DNA from: Verrucomicrobiota bacterium
GTDB lineage: Bacteria > Verrucomicrobiota > Verrucomicrobiia > Chthoniobacterales > Chthoniobacteraceae
Direction of reading: 5' to 3'
NCBI GenBank assembly: GCA_037975615.1
Contig: JBANGE010000148.1
Coordinates: 20,483 to 84,482 of the forward strand
DNA: 64,000 nt
The translations under genes were made by a program, and so were the position numbers. The notes beneath the pieces are model-generated. The model had not been told where the DNA came from. It did no database searches and was given only the letters and a program-made list of their open reading frames with translations. Shown piece by piece: positions 19,801 through 28,178 of the stretch (positions are counted from its first letter, which is position 1; each line of letters begins with the position of its first letter).

Positions 19801-21536
19801 GCAGCTCCGCTTCCGCCGAGACGCATCGATCCGCTGGTAAGCGTGGACCCGGTCCCGTCAACCGTCACGCTCCCGCCCGTTCCCCCTGTCGTTCCAATTT
19901 CCAATACACCAAGATTCGAGAGCGTTCCGCCGGAGCTGACACTTACCGAGGCGCTGTTGTCAAACTGCCCGCCGAACCCGCCATCGCCAAGAGTGAGGGA
20001 GGAACCCGCGCCGGTGACATTGTAGAAGGCACCGTTCGCTCCCACGTAGGAGCCGGTCAACGTGGCATCCGCGCCGTTCTGGATCGTGAACGCCTTGCCG
20101 GTGCCAATCACCAGACTGCTTGTGGAATCCCGCTGCAGCAGCGCCCCGGTGCCATTCAGCGTGAGATCGCCGTTTGCGACGAGCGACCCGCCGGAGGTGA
20201 GATTGATGCCGCCCGTAGCGTTCACGGTCGTCAGCCCAGTGCCGGTGGTGAATACGCCGCTGTTTTGGACATTGACCGCCGCCGTGCTGCCGAACGTCGC
20301 GCCGATGGTGTTCGTAGCGATCCCGGACTGCGTCCATGTCGAACCCGCGCCATCGACCGTCAGCGTTCCATTCGAGCCTGCCCCGGTAGTGGAGCCCAGC
20401 AACAGGTTCCCGCTGGTCGTGACATCCGCCCCCGTATTCACCTGAATCACTGCAACAGAGCCTGCGGCTCTGGCCGCATCGATGCCTCCAATGTTTCCGG
20501 CGGCGGAGTTCGAGAACGTGACATTGGCCGTCCCGCCCGACCCCCAAAAGCTAAGGCTTCCCGTTGTAAACGATGAACCGGCCCCGTCCACAAGCACCGT
20601 TCCAGTCCCCGCTGTGCCGATATCCGTGTAAAGGCCGGCGGTGAATGCCCCGCCGCTTTGAATCGTCAGCGACGACCCCGCGTACACGTTCGCGGAGCCC
20701 GTCAATTGCGACGTTGAGCCGGAGCCCGAGACGGTAATGTTCCCGCCTGCAAAGCTGAGGGTGTTCGCCGCACTGGAAATGAAATCACTTCCACCCTGAA
20801 CGGTCAGGGTCTTGCCGGCGGCGATTCCAAATATCGCACCGTTCGCCCGTGTCAGTTGCGCTCCGCCGTCGAGCACCATGTTCTGGTTGATGGTCAGTGT
20901 GCCCGATGCGCCGATCGCGATCGTGCTCGAGCCGGAGAATGTCTGCGACGATCCGGATGCCGCCAGCAGCATGGTGCCGTTGTTGATGGTGAAATCGGCG
21001 CCAATGGCCGGGCCCGTGGGGTTGATCGTGAGCGTGCCCGTGCCGTTTTTAGTGAACGCACCGGTGCCGGAGATCATACTCAGAGTGAGCGCATTTCCGC
21101 CGAGGAGCGTGATGTTGTTCGCCCCGATGTTCAACGTGCCGCCGAAGACGAGACCACCGCTCGCGGTATTGATCGCCGCCCCGGCACTGAACGCCATCTG
21201 GTTGTTGAACGTCATCGTATCCGCATCGTTGTTGATGATGCCGCCCGCACCCACGGTGATGGAGCCCGGCCCGCCGAATGTGAATGCACTCGCGAGGTTG
21301 TTGAACGTGATGCTCTGCGTGAAGAACGCGCCGGGCACATTCACACTCGTGCGCGCGCTGCCGGTGAAGACGACGTCGTCCGCCGGAAGGGGGCCGACAT
21401 CGCCAACCCAGTTGGGTTGCGTGTTGATATTGCTGTCCACCAGACTGCCGCCGTCCCACGTGAATACAGCAGCCTGAATTGAAGATGCGGCGAGGAGTGC
21501 GATGCCGCGCGAGAGTATGACGCGTTTCGTGTTCAT
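16833..21536 (-). CDS. Autotransporter-associated beta-strand (PATR) repeat giant surface protein
   Basis: 1567 aa. Signal peptide MNTKRVILSRGIALLAASSIQA followed by FTWDGG. Dozens of G/T/S/N-rich beta-helix-like repeats (...GAGSTLT..., LTLxG..., NNGGxF). C-terminal DFDKDGIANLMEYALGMDP Ca-loop and a tail ending KRFLRLKVTNPAP. Confidence 0.9.
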   Translation of the reverse strand: MNTKRVILSRGIALLAASSIQAAVFTWDGGSLVDSNINTQPNWVGDVGPLPADDVVFTGSARTSVNVPGAFFTQSITFNNLASAFTFGGPGSITVGAGGIINNDADTMTFNNQMAFSAGAAINTASGGLVFGGTLNIGANNITLLGGNALTLSMISGTGAFTKNGTGTLTINPTGPAIGADFTINNGTMLLAASGSSQTFSGSSTIAIGASGTLTINQNMVLDGGAQLTRANGAIFGIAAGKTLTVQGGSDFISSAANTLSFAGGNITVSGSGSTSQLTGSANVYAGSSLTIQSGGAFTAGLYTDIGTAGTGTVLVDGAGSSFTTGSLSFWGSGGTANVTFSNSAAGNIGGIDAARAAGSVAVIQVNTGADVTTSGNLLLGSTTGAGSNGTLTVDGAGSTWTQSGIATNTIGATFGSTAAVNVQNSGVFTTGTGLTTVNATGGINLTSGGSLVANGDLTLNGTGALLQRDSTSSLVIGTGKAFTIQNGADATLTGSYVGANGAFYNVTGAGSSLTLGDGGFGGQFDNSASVSVSSGGTLSNLGVLEIGTTGGTGGSVTVDGTGSTLTSGSMRLGGSGAAGGTGSLVLSNSASATLSALGVAASNVTGSSGTVLVQSGADLIVGGQFTAGFSGSGAVTGTITVTGAGSTLANNAGNATIGTNFGTGVLNVNNGGVFASTTGTTEVGALGTVSINGGTFTANGDLNINGGQLTLDGAGTLSLASGKFLNVQGGGDVNITGPFSQTVQSNLYMNGAGSTFATTGDINWNGETGLLASGLSVLNGSTLASGGALNLGTNTTLPVSLQIVGVGATVSTSATSTSEWNANVSMFSSSSAVIGHLRLADRSSGTPTNGSMSLQNFATASLGNLSVSTQSSAANNGTITVSGAGSQITQTGSSTLTLGAFSGSGTAVLNLNNGGAFTTGTGSVAFRSTSTVNINGGALTVNGLLENSFGGWMSGIGDFNFNSGTLNLNGGNTLRVGEQGLLGADLTLAANRALNVGGSVVVDPFHTLILDGGRLSAGLIGNEGTLDFRRGTLAITGGGGFTIGSGALDALGANVTLGVGSTLQVTNTLTVASGAQLATDGGSVSVGALSNSGFVEHGSGSLSVSGLATNAAGADFFLGRALTATGGFTNQSGARLTLQGGTGRINGGALANSGMVTGDGIIAVSTTNSGTCVVRAELGKTLSFTGASNTNSGSFNMQGGTLEFSNTLANGATGFISGRGALNTTGLTNNGVMAFSGGVTDIRGDVTNASGARIVTSGAGSTTTFFDDVVHNGTEIYTGAGASTVFFGSQSGAGAFTGTGTVYYNGDLRPGNSPATVNYGGNVVLAPGTELTLEIGGVSEGTQYDSLQVANALTVDGILTLMLINGFAPTLGNVFDLIDAASINGTFDAVNLPTLAQYLAWSTSNLYTTGEVSVNSTLTPIQQWRLQNFSDPSNAGDGADNNDFDKDGIANLMEYALGMDPRIPSAAGLPTLGVVTVGANQHAALTVVRPLGATDVNYRFEVTADLLGFDAGSVYGPVGDVPSNAFTTEVSRTNNGSVETIVVRDNTPLSGSAKRFLRLKVTNPAP

Positions 21537-21737
21537 GGGAGCGCCAGTCTGAGGGATGGCTCGATTCGTTCCCCACTCCGTTTGCCGGATACTGACCCGA
21601 GATTGCCTTCATCATCGCATCCGGAGTTTCCGGGCGAAACATGCGGTTGCGAGCGAACGGGGCCAAATGCCGGCGACTCCCCCACGCCGCAACCACTCTT
21701 CGCACTTCCGCCGGAGGAATGCCGGGGATTTCCCGCG

Positions 21738-22094
21738 CTACAGGCCCGCAGCCGCCACCCGCACGACGCAGTAGCCGAAGTCCATCGTGCGGCCTTCGGG
21801 GGTGTCGGCGATTTTGATGTTTGGCGAGAGCGTGTAGAGTTGGCGGCGTTTGTCCGTCGGGTCGGGCTGCGCGGTGATGAAGCCGGCGTCGCGCAGGGCG
21901 ATGATGTGTTTGAGCGTGGCGTCGAACTTTTTGCCCGCCGCTGCTTTGAGCGTCGTGGCGCGGCGCGGTGTGCGGTCGGCCATTGCGACGAGCAGCCTGC
22001 GGCGGGTCGGGTCGCCCAGAACGGCGAACACGGTATCGGCACTCACGACTTTCACGGGCGCCGGCACAGTCGGGAAGGAAATGCTGTCACTCAT
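21738..22094 (-). CDS. ArsR/SmtB-like winged-helix transcriptional regulator
   Basis: Start set at MSDSISF (cat 22092-22094). FAVLGDPTRRRLLVAM...LKHIIALRDAGFI...DKRRQLYTL fits the ArsR HTH pattern. The upstream extension to 22400 is R/P-rich and runs into the repeat relics. Confidence 0.7.
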   Translation of the reverse strand: MSDSISFPTVPAPVKVVSADTVFAVLGDPTRRRLLVAMADRTPRRATTLKAAAGKKFDATLKHIIALRDAGFITAQPDPTDKRRQLYTLSPNIKIADTPEGRTMDFGYCVVRVAAAGL

Positions 22095-22398
22095 GAGCGC
22101 GGATACTGCCAAAAACCAATCGCCCGCACAATCCCGGAGTCTCCCCTGCCACACGAACGAATGCGGCGGCACCGGCCGGAGCCCCGGGGATGAGAAAACG
22201 GATTGCGTCGCGACGTGCCGCAGTCTCCGCCACGGGAAAACCGGATGCGTTTTCGCCGGAAGCAGGCTCCGACTCCTCAAAACGGAAGCGGAAATACCGC
22301 GGCGGAGTCTCCCCGCCGCCAATTCCCAATCCGCGCCAACCCGCCGGAGCCACGGGAGGCGTAAAACCGGACAGGTTTTGACACCCCGGAGGCTCCCC

Positions 22399-22734
22399 AC
22401 CGGGAAAACCTATCAGGAATTAGCGTCCCCGAGCCTCCCAACTGGAAGGACGACTCAGCAATCGGCGTCCCGGAGTCTTCCTACTGGAAGGACGGTTCAG
22501 CAATCGGCGTCCCGGAGTCTTCCTACTGGAAGGACGGTTCAGCAATCGACGTCCCCGAGTCTCCCTACTGGAAGGACGGTTCAGCAATCGGCGTCCCCGA
22601 GTCTCCCAACTGGAAGGACGGTTCAGCAATCGACGTCCCCGAGTCTCCCAACTGGAAGGACGGTTCAGCAATCGACGTCCCGGAGACTGCCTACTGGAAG
22701 GACGGTTCAGCAATTCACCCTCCCGAGATGCCTC
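22399..22734. repeat. 42-bp tandem repeat array, 7 good copies plus 1 degenerate leading copy
   Basis: Unit actggaaggacggttcagcaatcg[g/a]cgtccc[c/g]gagtct[t/c]cc[t/a]. Copy starts are at 22441, 22483, 22525, 22567, 22609, 22651 and 22693, exactly 42 nt apart. A degenerate copy occupies 22399-22440, and the last copy diverges in its 3' half. Confidence 0.9.
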
Positions 22735-22824
22735 TCCTGCGGGACTTCTTCTGATTTGCTCGTGCGCCTTCTTCCCACCGTCGAGGGATGCCGTCGCGGA
22801 ACGGCGAAGCGTCGGCTACGTACA

Positions 22825-22861
22825 AACGCCTGCCCGCAGCTTGTGACCGCGGGCAGGCGTT
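22825..22861 (-). terminator. 13-bp perfect hairpin 23 nt downstream of the giant nucleotidase gene stop
   Basis: aacgcctgcccgc-(11 nt loop)-gcgggcaggcgtt. There is no clear U-tract, so intrinsic-terminator function is uncertain. Confidence 0.4.
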
Positions 22862-22883
22862 GTGGTGCCGGATTCAGCGAACT

Positions 22884-25800
22884 TTAGGGTGCCAGTTGGA
22901 CCTCGCCCGTCGCGGGAGTCGCGGAGTCGATGCCATACCCGAGGATGAGTCCCTGCTTTTGCAAAAGCACGGCGTAGAAGCTGCGCAATCCTTTACCCGT
23001 GCCGACGATGAGGCCGGGTTGTCCCAGGAGGGAGCAGCGCTGTTGGAGATTCGCTCCGGAGATCGAAAACATCCCGATGATTGGCGACGGAGCGACTGGC
23101 GTTCCGGTGCCGGTATAGATCGTTGTTCCGATAGTCGCAGACAACGTCATAGGGCTGCCAATGAGCGGTGCCGGCAGCCCGGTGCCACCGACGTAACGGC
23201 TGCCGATCAGGTTTCCAGTGACGTCCGCCGCGGCGGGATAGAGTCCCGAAGACTGCGCGGGTTTGTGCCAGTCGATGCTGCCTGCGAGATCGTCGGTTGC
23301 ATTCGTATCGAGCGTGATCGCCCCACTCCACCAACCACGCGCGCCGCCTGGATACAGCGGGGCGAGGATTGGTACGCCACCGCCAACGGTAACGAGGGTG
23401 CTCGCGGTGTATGGCGTGTTGTCTGCAAGGCGGCCGCTCACGCGTACCGAGCCATCAGCCAGCACCTCCATGAGCCCGTAGCCGCTTCCACCCGGACGAG
23501 TCGCCCCTCCTGCGAGCGAGCCGCCGGGAATCACAAACGTGTAGCGACCTGTAATCGTGGCACCCGCCGGATTTGCTCCGCGGTATTCTCCACGCTGCAT
23601 CGTGACCGTGCGACCGTTGATGGTTCCCGTCATGATCACGCGACCGCTCGCATCGAGGCTGAGGGCAAAGGCGACAGGAATGCTGCCGCCCTTTACGACC
23701 CAGACGCCACTCGCCGTACCATTCGCCGCGAACTGGAGCGGGCCTTTGTACGTGACGCCGTCGATGATAACGGAACCGGAGCCAAGGAATCCCTTCGTGA
23801 ACTTGAAGCGAGCGCTGAGGCCTGTATCCAGACCCGAGAAGCTCCAGCCGAGAGCCTGCGCAAGCGCGGGCTGCACAACCCGCACGACGAAGCTGCTCGT
23901 TGTTGTCGTACCGAAGCTATCCGTGGCACTCGCGCTGACCGTGGTATCGCCAAGCAGGAAGGTGGCTCCGCTCAAGTGGGACAGAACCGGCACAAGTGCA
24001 CCGTCCTCTACATCACTCGCCGTGGCGGTAAAGTTAACCGTCGTCGCGCCGGCGGCGACCACGACGAGCGGCGAAGGCGGAAGCGAGAGCGCGGGTGCTG
24101 TGTTGCCGGGCGATTGGATCTCGAAAACAGTCAGCGTGTTCGAGGTTTCGTTCGTGACGATCAGCAGTGGCTTGCCGTTCGGGCTGTCGGCGGCGGGGAC
24201 GACGATGAGGCCCTCGGGGTTCAGGTCACCGGCGCGCTTGAACGCGGTCGTGTAGCTCGGCGCTGCGGGATTTGTGATGTCGAACATGAGCGTCATGCCC
24301 GCGCGCTCGAGGCCGATGAATGCATACGTGCGCCCGCCGAGTGTGGCGATGGTCACGCCTTCGGGCTCGACGCCCTTGTTGTCGCTGCGCCCGTCGTCGA
24401 AGTTCGCGAAGTGCTGCGAGGTGACGATGAGGTCGAGCATGTCGCCGCTGTCGAACACGAGATTTCCCGCCGCGTCGCGGATGGAAAAGGAACGTCCGCC
24501 GTATGAGAGAATCTCGTCCACATCGCCGTCGTTGTCCGTATCGCCGCGGAGGCCGGGCGAGTTTGAAACAGTGAGGCGTCCGAGTGAGGCGAGGTTCTTC
24601 AATGCAGCCGCATTCGGGAACACGGTGGGGTCGAGCGTGTAGCCGGTCGCGGCGCCAACCGTCGTGCTTTCATCGGGTGTGAGGAAGTCATTCCGGTCGT
24701 CGCCTTCATTCGCCATCACGAAATAGGTCTGACCGCCCGCGCTGTAGGACGCGACTGCATCCGGCATGTAGAGGCCGAAGACCGGCTGGCCGACGAGCGG
24801 ATTGATGAGCGCGACACCGCCGGGGCCGTCGCGGTCGCTGAAGTCCACGCGCAGCGGCGAGAAGTCCTTTTTGCCCAGCGGCACAACGCTCGTGAACGTC
24901 GCGGTGGCAATGTCGAGCGTCGCCACGGCGTTTGCCTCCTGGAGCGTGACCATTGCGGTCGCGCCATCGGGAGCGATGGCAATGTATTCCGGCTCGAAGT
25001 CACGCGACGGTATGGCGTCGGTGGTGCCGTTGTTGAAGATGCGGACGCCTGCGGCTTTAAGCGCGGCAACCTGCGAGTCAAACGCGGTGAAGTCCGCGGT
25101 CGCGACCGTCAGCGCGCCGAAGCCCGCGGAGAGGTCAATGATACTCACGCTGCCGAGCGTGGTGTCCGCTGCAACATCAGCGGCGATGCCGTCCACTTCG
25201 CCTTCGTTGGCGACGAGCAGTTTCGTGCCGTCGGGCGAGAAGGTGATATTGTCCGGCACAGCGCCGACCTGCACCGCGCCAAGCAGCGCGCCGGTGGCCG
25301 GGTCGAGGAACACGACATGACCGGGTGCGGTCTTCGGCGAGTTGATCACAGCGGCTGCGAGCACCGCGGGCTGCGAGCCGCTGGCTTTGCGGACGGCAAC
25401 GGAGCTGAGGTCATTGCTCGTGAGCCCGGCAACGCCGAGCGTGGAAGTCTCGATGAGCGACACAAACGCCGGCGCGGCCGGATTCGTGAGGTCCACGATC
25501 TGGATGCCGAAGGCCGAGGAGGCAAATGCGCGCTTCGATGCGGGATCAAACGCGGGAATCTCTGCACCCGTCAGCGCGATGCTGCCAGCGGTTCCGGCGG
25601 TGACGGTGTTGCTCGGCGGATACACCACGGGGATTGTATCATCGTTCGTAATGGTCGCGGTCCCTGCACCGGTGCCGGTGATGGTCGTGGTGCCGCTGAG
25701 GTTCACAAGACCGGAGAGCGTGACGATGATGGTCTCGCTGCTCTCCACGTTGGTGTCGCCATTCACGGTAAACGTGAGGTTCTGCACACTTCCGCCGGGG

Positions 25801-28178
25801 GCGAAGGTGAGCGTGCCATTCGCGACAGGCACGTAGTCGGCGCCGGATGTCGCAGTGCCAGTGATGGCATAGTTCACGGTGAATGCGGCGGTGTTGGCCG
25901 CGGCGTTCACGGTGTGCGTGACGGGCAGCGTAACCGTGACAGTGCCGCTGTTGCCCTCGACGACCGAGGCACTGCCGACGGCGACGTTCGAAGTGTAGGC
26001 GGGGCCGGTGTTCACGGTGTCCGTGTTGCCGTTCTGCGCGAGCTGTTGAATGCGGATGTCATTCGCAACCGCAGTGTCAGCTTGATTGAATGCCGTGCCC
26101 ACCGTGGCGTGATTGGCGGCGAGGTAATCCTGCATGGCCTTCTGCTCGCCGAGGATGTCCGCCGCAGTGAGACCGAGGCTCGTGAACGTGGACTCTGCGG
26201 TGAAGTCGAGATTCCGCGCAACGGGCGCGGAGAGCGTACCGTTCGTGAGAATGTAGCGGAAGTTGGTCACCGCGTTGTTCGCCGTCGTGTTGGTCGGCGG
26301 GTTGGTGTACTTGATAGGATATGCGTCGCCGCCGTTGAGCTGGAAGTTCAGCGAGACGACCTTGATGATCGCAGGAGCTGTCGCGACGACCGCGCCGTTG
26401 TTCACGACGAGCGACACGATTTGGCCGAGGTCATTCACAAGCGCCACGGTCCGCACCTTCTGCCCTGCGGGCCGCGCGGAGTCATAGGAAAAGCGGACGT
26501 TCCCCACCTGGGCGTAACCGCCAGCCTGCTGCGTCGGGCCGCTGCTGAGGCCGGCCGCGAAATTGAGCACACCGAGAAGGCCCGCGGGCGTCATATCACA
26601 GACCATGAGCTTGTTGTCGAAACGCAGCGCGTTCTCGATATCGAGCTGCGAAATGCCGCCGGCAGGTTTGCCCGTGATGAGATTGGCAAAAGGCGCGACC
26701 TTTGTGCCGTCGGGCATCACCGAGCCGATCGAAGCGCGAAGACCGCCGCCGTTCTTCAGCGAGAACACCGCCGATGTCGGCCCGAGGCCGAGCGCGGCTT
26801 TGGCCTTTGCGGCATTCGCGTCTGCAGTGATGTCGCCGAGGTTTACCTCCTGCGTGCGACCGAAGACGCGATCGCCTTCGAGATACACATCCGTGTAGCC
26901 GAAGACGGCACTGTCCTTCGCAACTACGATGGCATTGAGCGCATCGGTGATTGCCTTCACCTGCGTTCCGATCGTGCTTCCGGCGATGATGGTCGCAGCG
27001 CTGTCAGCCGTGCCGTAAACGGCCTGAAGAGTGGCTTCATTCGACGCATACGCGCCGTTCAGCGCGGGACTGAGATTTGGCAGGATGATCTCGCCGTTCG
27101 CGTCGAAATCGACGACAAGTCGCCCGAGGTAGGAATATTCCGTGTCCGTCGTGACGATGAGCACCGGCTTCCCATCCGCGCCGACCGTCGAAATCGGGTA
27201 CGCATCGGCGATGAATGTCGCATCGTGGCCTGGGAAAGGAACTGCGGTGTCCGTCGCGTCGCCCATGCGCTCATGGCCGCCGCCCGCGACCATGATGTCG
27301 ATTCCCGAGACGAGGCCCGCGAGGTCCTTGTTGCGCTGCAAGTCATCAAGCTGATCCACCATCACGATCTTATTCACGCCCAGAGCCTGGAGCTGCGTTA
27401 CCGCGCCCTGGAGATAGGCGGCGACTTCCTGCAAATCGCTCGTCGCAGCGTTCGCGTCGTCCTTCGGAATCGTTCCGTTGGGCGAGGACTTGCTGAGAAG
27501 CTCCCAGGTCGTCGCACCGATGAAGCCGATCTTCTCGCCGTTCAGCGTCTTCACCGCGTACGGGGCGATCTTCGCTTTAATGTCCGTCACTTCCAGCCCC
27601 GCGATTGCACCGCCGGTGCCGCCGATGGTCGTATCCGCACGACCGCGGAGCGAGCTATCCGCAGCGAAGTCGAGATTCGCGGTGATGAGCGGGAACTGAG
27701 CGCCCAGCCATGCGCCGGACGGAAACAGCGCGCCGGAAAGCACAGGCGAGCCAAGGTCGAACTCATGGTTGCCGAGCGCGGACACCGTGGTGCCAAACGC
27801 GTTCATAATGGCGATGTCGGGCCGCGCGAGCGCCGTCGCGCCGATACTGGGAACCGCATTCAGCGACGGATCCGCACCCGCGATGAGCCAGGGCCCGGGG
27901 ATGAAGCTATCACCTTCGCCGATGACCACGGTATTCGCGTAGTCGTTATCCATGCGGTCGATCATCGCGCCCATAATCGGCGCCGTCTGAATCCCGAGTA
28001 GCCCGCTCTCACCGTAGTAGTGGAGCACTTGCAGCGTGTAGCTTGGAGCCGCCGCATGCAGACTGGCCGCAGCGGTGACGAGACAAACCGCTGCAGCTCG
28101 AAGCCCGCGGAATATAGGATTTGCGCGGCCGGAGAGCCGGAGCGCGCGGTGGTTGGTGTTGTTATTGGATGGTTTCAT
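22884..28178 (-). CDS. Giant secreted bifunctional metallophosphatase/5'-nucleotidase fused to Calx-beta, choice-of-anchor-I-like beta-propeller, HYR-like and an unassigned C-terminal region
   Basis: Start moved to MKPSNNN (cat 28176-28178) ahead of a signal-like AAAVCLVTAAASLHA. Motifs: GEGDSFIPGPW and GNHEFDLG (metallophosphatase); a 5'-nucleotidase C-domain-like region; VVEGNSGTVTVTL (Calx-beta); LVANEGE and MANEGDDRNDF (choice-of-anchor I pattern); SDVEDGALVP...ATDSFGTTTTSSFVVRV (HYR-like). Confidence 0.88.
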   Translation of the reverse strand: MKPSNNNTNHRALRLSGRANPIFRGLRAAAVCLVTAAASLHAAAPSYTLQVLHYYGESGLLGIQTAPIMGAMIDRMDNDYANTVVIGEGDSFIPGPWLIAGADPSLNAVPSIGATALARPDIAIMNAFGTTVSALGNHEFDLGSPVLSGALFPSGAWLGAQFPLITANLDFAADSSLRGRADTTIGGTGGAIAGLEVTDIKAKIAPYAVKTLNGEKIGFIGATTWELLSKSSPNGTIPKDDANAATSDLQEVAAYLQGAVTQLQALGVNKIVMVDQLDDLQRNKDLAGLVSGIDIMVAGGGHERMGDATDTAVPFPGHDATFIADAYPISTVGADGKPVLIVTTDTEYSYLGRLVVDFDANGEIILPNLSPALNGAYASNEATLQAVYGTADSAATIIAGSTIGTQVKAITDALNAIVVAKDSAVFGYTDVYLEGDRVFGRTQEVNLGDITADANAAKAKAALGLGPTSAVFSLKNGGGLRASIGSVMPDGTKVAPFANLITGKPAGGISQLDIENALRFDNKLMVCDMTPAGLLGVLNFAAGLSSGPTQQAGGYAQVGNVRFSYDSARPAGQKVRTVALVNDLGQIVSLVVNNGAVVATAPAIIKVVSLNFQLNGGDAYPIKYTNPPTNTTANNAVTNFRYILTNGTLSAPVARNLDFTAESTFTSLGLTAADILGEQKAMQDYLAANHATVGTAFNQADTAVANDIRIQQLAQNGNTDTVNTGPAYTSNVAVGSASVVEGNSGTVTVTLPVTHTVNAAANTAAFTVNYAITGTATSGADYVPVANGTLTFAPGGSVQNLTFTVNGDTNVESSETIIVTLSGLVNLSGTTTITGTGAGTATITNDDTIPVVYPPSNTVTAGTAGSIALTGAEIPAFDPASKRAFASSAFGIQIVDLTNPAAPAFVSLIETSTLGVAGLTSNDLSSVAVRKASGSQPAVLAAAVINSPKTAPGHVVFLDPATGALLGAVQVGAVPDNITFSPDGTKLLVANEGEVDGIAADVAADTTLGSVSIIDLSAGFGALTVATADFTAFDSQVAALKAAGVRIFNNGTTDAIPSRDFEPEYIAIAPDGATAMVTLQEANAVATLDIATATFTSVVPLGKKDFSPLRVDFSDRDGPGGVALINPLVGQPVFGLYMPDAVASYSAGGQTYFVMANEGDDRNDFLTPDESTTVGAATGYTLDPTVFPNAAALKNLASLGRLTVSNSPGLRGDTDNDGDVDEILSYGGRSFSIRDAAGNLVFDSGDMLDLIVTSQHFANFDDGRSDNKGVEPEGVTIATLGGRTYAFIGLERAGMTLMFDITNPAAPSYTTAFKRAGDLNPEGLIVVPAADSPNGKPLLIVTNETSNTLTVFEIQSPGNTAPALSLPPSPLVVVAAGATTVNFTATASDVEDGALVPVLSHLSGATFLLGDTTVSASATDSFGTTTTSSFVVRVVQPALAQALGWSFSGLDTGLSARFKFTKGFLGSGSVIIDGVTYKGPLQFAANGTASGVWVVKGGSIPVAFALSLDASGRVIMTGTINGRTVTMQRGEYRGANPAGATITGRYTFVIPGGSLAGGATRPGGSGYGLMEVLADGSVRVSGRLADNTPYTASTLVTVGGGVPILAPLYPGGARGWWSGAITLDTNATDDLAGSIDWHKPAQSSGLYPAAADVTGNLIGSRYVGGTGLPAPLIGSPMTLSATIGTTIYTGTGTPVAPSPIIGMFSISGANLQQRCSLLGQPGLIVGTGKGLRSFYAVLLQKQGLILGYGIDSATPATGEVQLAP

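Noticed and set aside
22399-22734. Possibility that the 42-bp array is a CRISPR array
   Set aside because: Copies are directly abutting with no unique spacers, there are no cas genes in the window, and the repeats show graded decay. It is a tandem minisatellite, not a CRISPR.
21850-22887. ORFs reading through the 42-bp array (345 aa on plus; 97 aa on minus at 22420..22713) giving 14-aa peptide repeats
   Set aside because: A 42-nt period keeps every frame open automatically. The translations are S/R/P/T-rich (LPTGRTVQQSASRS or LLNRPSSWETRGRR), and the plus ORF also runs antisense through the ArsR-like gene. I saw no start context or family signal, so coding is unlikely but not formally excluded.
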